A stretch of DNA of 52,107 nt, from the NCBI RefSeq assembly GCF_001194135.2, contig NC_068982.1, forward strand, positions 137,486,811-137,538,917, written 5' to 3'. The translations under genes were made by a program, and so were the position numbers. Origin of the DNA: Octopus bimaculoides. Its lineage: Eukaryota. The notes under the pieces were generated by a model. It searched no databases and was not told the DNA's origin. It saw nothing but the letters and a program-made list of their open reading frames with translations. Below are positions 46,040 through 52,107 of the stretch, piece by piece; position 1 is the stretch's first letter, and each line of letters starts with the position of its first letter.

Positions 46040-46595
46040 CAGTCATCCCTCGACTATCATGGATGTTGCGTTCCAAAACACTCATGACAATCCGCGAAGT
46101 AGAAACAGTACTGTACTGTATATTTTTTTATTATTTTTTATCATTTTTATAATTTGTATATATTTATTTTTGGCCCTTGTGCCAGTGGCACGTTAGAAAA
46201 TCATTCGAGCGAAGTCGTTACCAGTGCCGCTGGACTGGCTCTTGTGCAGGTGGCACATAAAAAACACCATTTTGAGCGTGGCCGTTGCCAGTACTGCGTG
46301 ACTGGCCCTCGTGCCTATGGCACGTAAAAAGCATCCACTACACTCTCGGAGTGGTTGGCATTAGGAAGGGCATCCAGCTGTAGAAACTCTGCCAAATTAG
46401 ATTGGAGCCTGATGCAGCCATCCAGTTCACCAGTTCTCAGTCAAATCGTCCAACCCATGCTAGCATGGAAAGCGAACATTAAACGATGATGATGGTAATG
46501 ATGATTGTAAATGTAAAACAACACCACGGAGGAATCGACAGAAGTTTAAATAATAAACCTCGATAGGTGAACCACGATAGAGCGAGGGATTACTG
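46040..46595. mobile_element. Tigger/pogo-like MITE with a nested family D insertion
   Basis: TIRs CAGTCATCCCTCG (46040) and CGAGGGATTACTG (to 46595); TA on the right and CA on the left. Confidence 0.7.
46180..46503 (+). mobile_element. Family D element nested in the MITE
   Basis: Homologous to 35849-36181; (GAT)n tail. Confidence 0.85.
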
Positions 46596-46970
46596 TATTA
46601 CAATCTACTAAACAGATAAATAGCTACTAAATGATTTTCTAGATTGCTACCCTGAATAAAGAGGTGGAGGGGTGGGCAAGGCTAGAAAGGAAATATAATT
46701 TCCACAGTTTGTCAACCCCAGAGGATGAAAACGTCTCCAAATAATGGATTTGACCCTGGAATGTAGAAACAGGCTACAGTTTGTACCGATCTGCTTTCAA
46801 GTAATTAACAAGCAAGATAATTGATAATTATCCAGCTGCTTTGGAAAGGTAGATCAAACTAGCTAATTTTGTTTAATTAATGAGCAGGCTGCAGCAACTG
46901 GATTTTAAATAAACTGTGAAATTAATTATTTCTGCTTTGTTGCTTGTTGTTTTTCTTTATCTCTTTTCAG

Positions 46971-47245
46971 GTCACCAAGCTGCTGGCCTTCAGTTTGACC
47001 TTATTGATGAAGTTGACCTCAATACAATCTAACGAGAGAGCCTTTGAGCAGTTGCTTAAGCTGCTAGAAATAGCAACAAAAATCTCACTGATATTACATT
47101 CTCTCAACTTAAGAAGAAAAAAATCAAAAGATAGTGAATACAAACGGATTGGATGGCCATAGTTGGAACATCTGTGATTATTGATCTGCTCAATAAGAGT
47201 CAAACTGAGGTTGAACAACAAACTTTCAATGCATGTTAATGTCAT
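46971..47245 (+). other. Unassigned coding-like segment behind a strong splice acceptor
   Basis: ttttctttatctcttttcag|. Phase 1 gives GHQAAGLQFDLIDEVDLNTI-stop (to 47032); phase 0 is open for 63 codons. No family recognised. Confidence 0.3.
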
Positions 47246-47383
47246 TTGTTATAAAGTAGGTCAAGTTCAGAGATTAACTGTGATAAAGAGTTGAATTTTC
47301 TTGAGAATAATCTTTTCTTAGTGGTCAGACCATATGGGGTCTACAACTAGCATAATGGATGTCCACTTAGTGGTCATCCCTCT

Positions 47384-47434
<51 letters not shown>

Positions 47435-48654
47435 CGGAGATGTACTTGCATAGCAAGTGACCTGATCTGAGATCGTGTGCTGGAACGAAAACAATTGCAG
47501 CGTGGAAGGTGTTTATAATTCATTTAAAATAACATACAAAATCCGTTAGATTCACTTCAACTAAATTTAATTTGTCAAAATATTTTCGTCGCTTTGAGAC
47601 TGCGACCTGTTCACTGACAAAATTCATATATATATGAAGTTTTGAATTTAGTTCATGGACCACTCAGTACTACCTTTGCAGACCACAGGTTGGGAACCAC
47701 TGTTTTAGACACAAGATGAACCACCATGGTTCTTGGGTCAACAACCTCATAACAAACCAGTAGAATTACTTTATGTGCATAGATGCTTGTACACAAACAA
47801 ACACCAGCACAAAAGTAAACATGCAGAGATGCTGGCTTTTAGTGAACCAAACACACACATACTAGCACTGACATTTTTTTATTGTTTTATGAGGGAAGGA
47901 TAGTGCTCCAGAGTGATGAGAGGGAAGAAGGGATCTTCAAACGAGGAACCCGACTTGATGCTTGCAACAAAGCAGACTCCACAAAAGGCAACCAAGGTGA
48001 TGAGATGATGTTAAATCAGGTGATGAATTAAGTGTGTTATTCAAGGAGGCAATGGTGAGATTTGAACTCAGCAAGCAGAAACCCACAACAAATACCACAA
48101 ATAGTCCAATCCTATGTTCTAAAAATTTTCAGTAATCAAGTTTACTACCTAGGAGAGTTCTTTATTGACTTAGTTGAGATTTGAACTCAGAACACAATGA
48201 GCTGAAATAAATACAAGGCTTTTTATCCAGTAGTCTAAACGCCTTGCCAATTCATTCATATAGAAGAGTGCATGCACATGCACACACACATAGCTGTGAT
48301 TTCTTTTTCATATACAACATTAAAAGCTGTAACTTTCTTATATACAGCACTGTAAGTAGGAGAAAATAGGAACAGTCAAATCCCTTTTCACAGTCAGGGT
48401 CATATAAATAAACATGTGTACAGTGTGTCACATAAGTCTCCCTCTCACCCTCCCTCTCTCTCTCTCTCTCAGTTTCTCGCTAGCAAAATCATTTTTCGTC
48501 TTCTCCATTGACCGCTTTAAGGTAAATCTATGACCCAATGCTATAGTACAGAATTATCGTAACCTGATATTGATTTATTGGTAAAACAGTTTCTATATTT
48601 ATGATGTACTGAAGAAACTTGTTTAAGTTTTGTTTTCAAGGCTTAGGCATGACT

Positions 48655-49010
48655 TAAGAAGTGGTTAAGAAATTTTCTTGGCAACTGCAAGTTTCCAGGT
48701 TCTGTTCCACTGCACATCACCTTGGGCAAGTGTCTTCTACTATAACCATGGGAATTTGATAGATGGGAACTGTGTGGAAGCCTATTTTGTGTGTGTGTGT
48801 GTGTGTGTCTTTGTGCTTGTGTTTGTCCTTCACCACTGCTTGACAACCAGTGCTGGTTTGTTTACATCCCCACAGTCAGCAAAAGAAACAAAATGAATAA
48901 GTGCCAGACTTCTCAAGAAATAAGTACTGGGGTTAATTCGTTCAATTAAACTGTTTAAGGCAACACCCCAGCATGGTCGCAGTCCAGTGACTGAAACAAG
49001 TAAAAGATGA
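48655..49010 (+). mobile_element. SINE family C (CpG-decayed)
   Basis: ccttgggcaagtgtcttctactata...(GT)n...ttgacaaccagtgctggt...ccagcatgg.cgcagtccagtgactgaaacaagtaaaaga. Confidence 0.82.
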
Positions 49011-50374
49011 AGAAAAAGAAGAAAAAATAAAGTAACAATAATGTCCACAATTAGAAATTCAAATATCAAAATTTACCGAACCATCTTAGTTTGAGAAGCA
49101 TCCACAAAACACACACTAGTCAATAGACTTATTGTGAACGGAGAGTCCTGAACACCCCCACATAACTGAAGGTGGACTAACCAATTACAATATATATAAG
49201 AAATGAGTGAACTGTCAGAGGGAGTTATTGACAGGTGTTAGTTCGGCAGTGTGTTGGTTCACCAGTTGGTAGCTGAACAGTGAATACCAAGTATCATACC
49301 CACATTTGAGTAATACAGATTGCATCCTGTTTTAATGTATATTTGTATAATACCATTTTACACCAGATGTGTATATCCATGTCATAACACTTATATACAC
49401 TGGTTATTAACCAAGAATCATGCCTCCACCATGGTCCACCATTCACTTCATTCATCTCTAACCTCATCACTAACCATTCTGTCACTCTCCTCCCACACCC
49501 ATGCAAACTTTTCCCACCAGCCCTTTCGGATTTTCTGTCCCCATTATCTCTTCTACTCACCTTTTGTTATTTGAGGATTTGCCCTGACACCTTGACAGCA
49601 TTATCTTAATCCCTCTTTCCAGCTACTCTTGCCCACCCCCTACAAAATGTGGGGTAACCATGTATTTCCACTACAGTGGAAAATCTGCTCCTGTCCCCCT
49701 GACATAATTTAACTTCTCAACCACTACTATCAGCTAAGGAGGGTTTTTTAGACTTGTGAGTAACATGGCAACCTCACTAATGCTGGTACCACAAAAACAG
49801 TACCCAGTACACTCTGTAAAGTAAGCGGTTGCATTAGGAAGGGTATCTAGCCATAGAAACCATGCCAAAGCAGACATTGGAGCTCGGTGGCCTATCAGAT
49901 CATGTCAAACTGCTCAACACATGCCAGTATTGAAGACAGCCATTAACCTTTAGCATGCTGTAGGCAAATCATGTTACCATATGAGTTTTCTCTCCTCTCA
50001 ATGCACCAACAGCTACAGGAGAAAAAAAACTCATACAGCTAGATGATTCACCTAAATGTGTCAAAGGTTAAATGACAATGATTGTGAGGATGATTCTTGA
50101 AGAGATGGAAGTTAGTTCTTACATAACATATTACTCTTTTTAAGCCTTACACCAAACAGTACATGTGGACTTCATCCCTAAGGCCAGCTTCTTGCAGCTC
50201 TCACTCACTGTTTTTCTTTTTCTCCCAGCCTACATGTTCCTGCTAAATACTAATCCATAATATTTTATAACTAAATACCTTTCCATATTTTTTGCATACA
50301 AGATAGTTCTCATGGTCAGTGGCAGATATGGGTAACATACAATGCTCAGGAAGCATGCAGCCCTTCATAACATT

Positions 50375-50596
50375 TTGTATGACATGCATGATATATTACC
50401 TTTCAATTAATATAGCACCAGTGATGGTGCAACGTAAAAAGTACCCAGAACACTCTGTAAAGAGCTTCTGGCTATAGAAACCAAGCTAAAACAGACTATG
50501 GAATTTGATGCAGGTTCCAGGCCTTGCCAGCTCCTGTCAAGCCATCTAACCCATGCCAACATGGAAAATGGACGTTAAAGGATGATGATGATGATG
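50375..50596 (+). mobile_element. Family D-related tail, older
   Basis: gtaaaaagtaccca..acactctgtaaa...ctaacccatgccaacatggaaaatggacgttaaaggatgatgatgat. Confidence 0.65.
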
Positions 50597-51910
50597 GATT
50601 AATATAAAGCCTGTGTTATCTTCTTGATTTGTTGGTTTTATTATGCAAAGGAATGTTTCACTCACATATACATAAGGAGTTCACCCAACTGACCTCACAC
50701 TCATACACTGAGAGCTAACTCACTCTCTCACACACACTTTCCTAATACCTAATTAATCTCACTTCCATCATCAGCTTAATACCATCTATGTCTATATCAG
50801 CCTATTTCATTACATACATAAACCCTTTCACACATATTGCGTTCGCATAATCTACTCACCACCTAAATAACTCTGCCCATATCACATTTGCAAGGTGCAA
50901 CAACAGTTAACCTGCCTTGTCTAAAGACAGCCTTCACTGCTATCTACCACCTCTCCTATATATACATATATATTAACTGTTTTACAGGCTAACAAGAGAT
51001 GATCTTTAACCCCAGAACAGCCCTGTCCATCTCATCTTTTTGAAGACTATTATATAAGTGTGTCCTTTCTTTTTTAAAAATGGATGAGTTTAGTTTCAGA
51101 GAGATCTAACTGCTTTCGCATGTAGGCTAAAGTGATAGATCGGAAACTACAGCACTTGCCCATGCTGGAGCAATTGTTTTTAGAGTTGGGAGCTCTTCCT
51201 ACAATGAATTGTGAAATGAGAGGAGCTATTCAGGTAAACTGAGATAAACAGAGTCGTGTGTCTTGCCCAACAGTAACATCATGTCTGCAGTAAGGTCTGA
51301 ACAGATAATCATATTCTTTTGTATTAGAGTATTAGATTCAGTTACTAAACTGTGGCCATGCTGGGGCAGCGTTTTCAAGGGAGTTATTCAATTTTTTGGT
51401 AAGAGTTATTCAATTTTTCAATCTGGTATTCATTTTGTCAATCTCAATTTGTTTCTTAAGAAAAACAAAATTATGTATCTTAGTCTCCATATTTATATTT
51501 ATTTGTTCATATTCTGTAACCTAGCATTGCAACAAATTGAGATCAATGAAATAAATACTAGCCTTATTATTCAACTACATCAACCCTTAATATTTGGGTT
51601 AATGTGATCGACTAAACCCTTCAAGGTGGTGCTCCAGCAAGGGCTCAGGCCAATGACAGAAACTATTAAGAGATTAAAAGAATACCATTGCATTTTTTAA
51701 AGTAAAATCCTTTTGTTAATTCATGTTCCCAAACCGTTTAATGAAAGGGATGATTAGTTTATTAAACACCTTTAAATCCTTCATTGTTTTTAAAATTGAT
51801 TCAAACATAAGATGTGTTTTGTTAAAAATATGATGACAATAAGAGTTGAACATGAGTAAGGTGTTTGATGATTTTATAACTGCAAGACAAGGAGATTGAA
51901 TGAAGATAAA

Positions 51911-52107
51911 GAAAACCTGTTGGTTATGTAAGTTTAGTTTGTATGAAAAATGGAGACACATGAGATGTGAAGAAAATCTGTTGATTATGTAAGTTTAGTT
52001 TGTATGAAAAGTTTAGTTTGCATGAAAAATGGAGGGGACACATGAAATGTGAAGAAAACCTGTTAAATATGTAAGTTTAGTTTGCATGAAAAATGGAGGG
52101 GACACAG
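51911..52107 (+). repeat. ~61-64 bp minisatellite, three copies, cut by the window end
   Basis: Unit gaaaacctgtt..ttatgtaagtttagtttg.atgaaaaatggag(gg)gacacatga.atgtgaa. Confidence 0.88.

Noticed and set aside
47033-47150. In-frame stops all one C-to-T change from Gln/Arg as evidence of pseudogenisation
   Set aside because: True of every stop codon, so uninformative.
46967-47245. 92-aa minus-strand ORF (also 32518-32769)
   Set aside because: They look like antisense shadows of more coding-like + strand frames.

Overview
AT-rich animal genomic DNA with several N-gaps. The repeat families (tRNA-derived SINEs, RTE-type tails, long di-nucleotide microsatellites) point to an octopus or other cephalopod scaffold; this is an inference. 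The ORF track misses most of the main gene. On the + strand (about 2.5-32 kb) small GT-AG exons splice into a divergent SprT/Spartan (SPRTN)-family zinc metalloprotease: CAG..ISLSRPLLELRP..LLETLL|HEMIHAYLWVTDNH|EQLEHGPKFHAEMKRI. No Spartan zinc-binding subdomain exon was found. Downstream is a long chain of symmetric phase-1 mini-exons, including a ~390-bp exon+intron cassette repeated five times at 20.4-22.2 kb that encodes repeated CDK-site/KEN-box-like peptides. On the - strand (38950-40777) one large exon encodes an ankyrin-repeat plus SOCS-box (ASB-type) protein. The rest is SINEs, LINE remnants (RTE, HERO, Penelope-like with hammerhead-like cores), MITEs and simple repeats. CpG content appears to drop sharply right of ~34 kb. 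Exon calls were made by eye from splice signals and phase compatibility; only the three SprT-domain exons and the ASB exon have homology support. There is no evidence for prokaryotic features or CRISPR.
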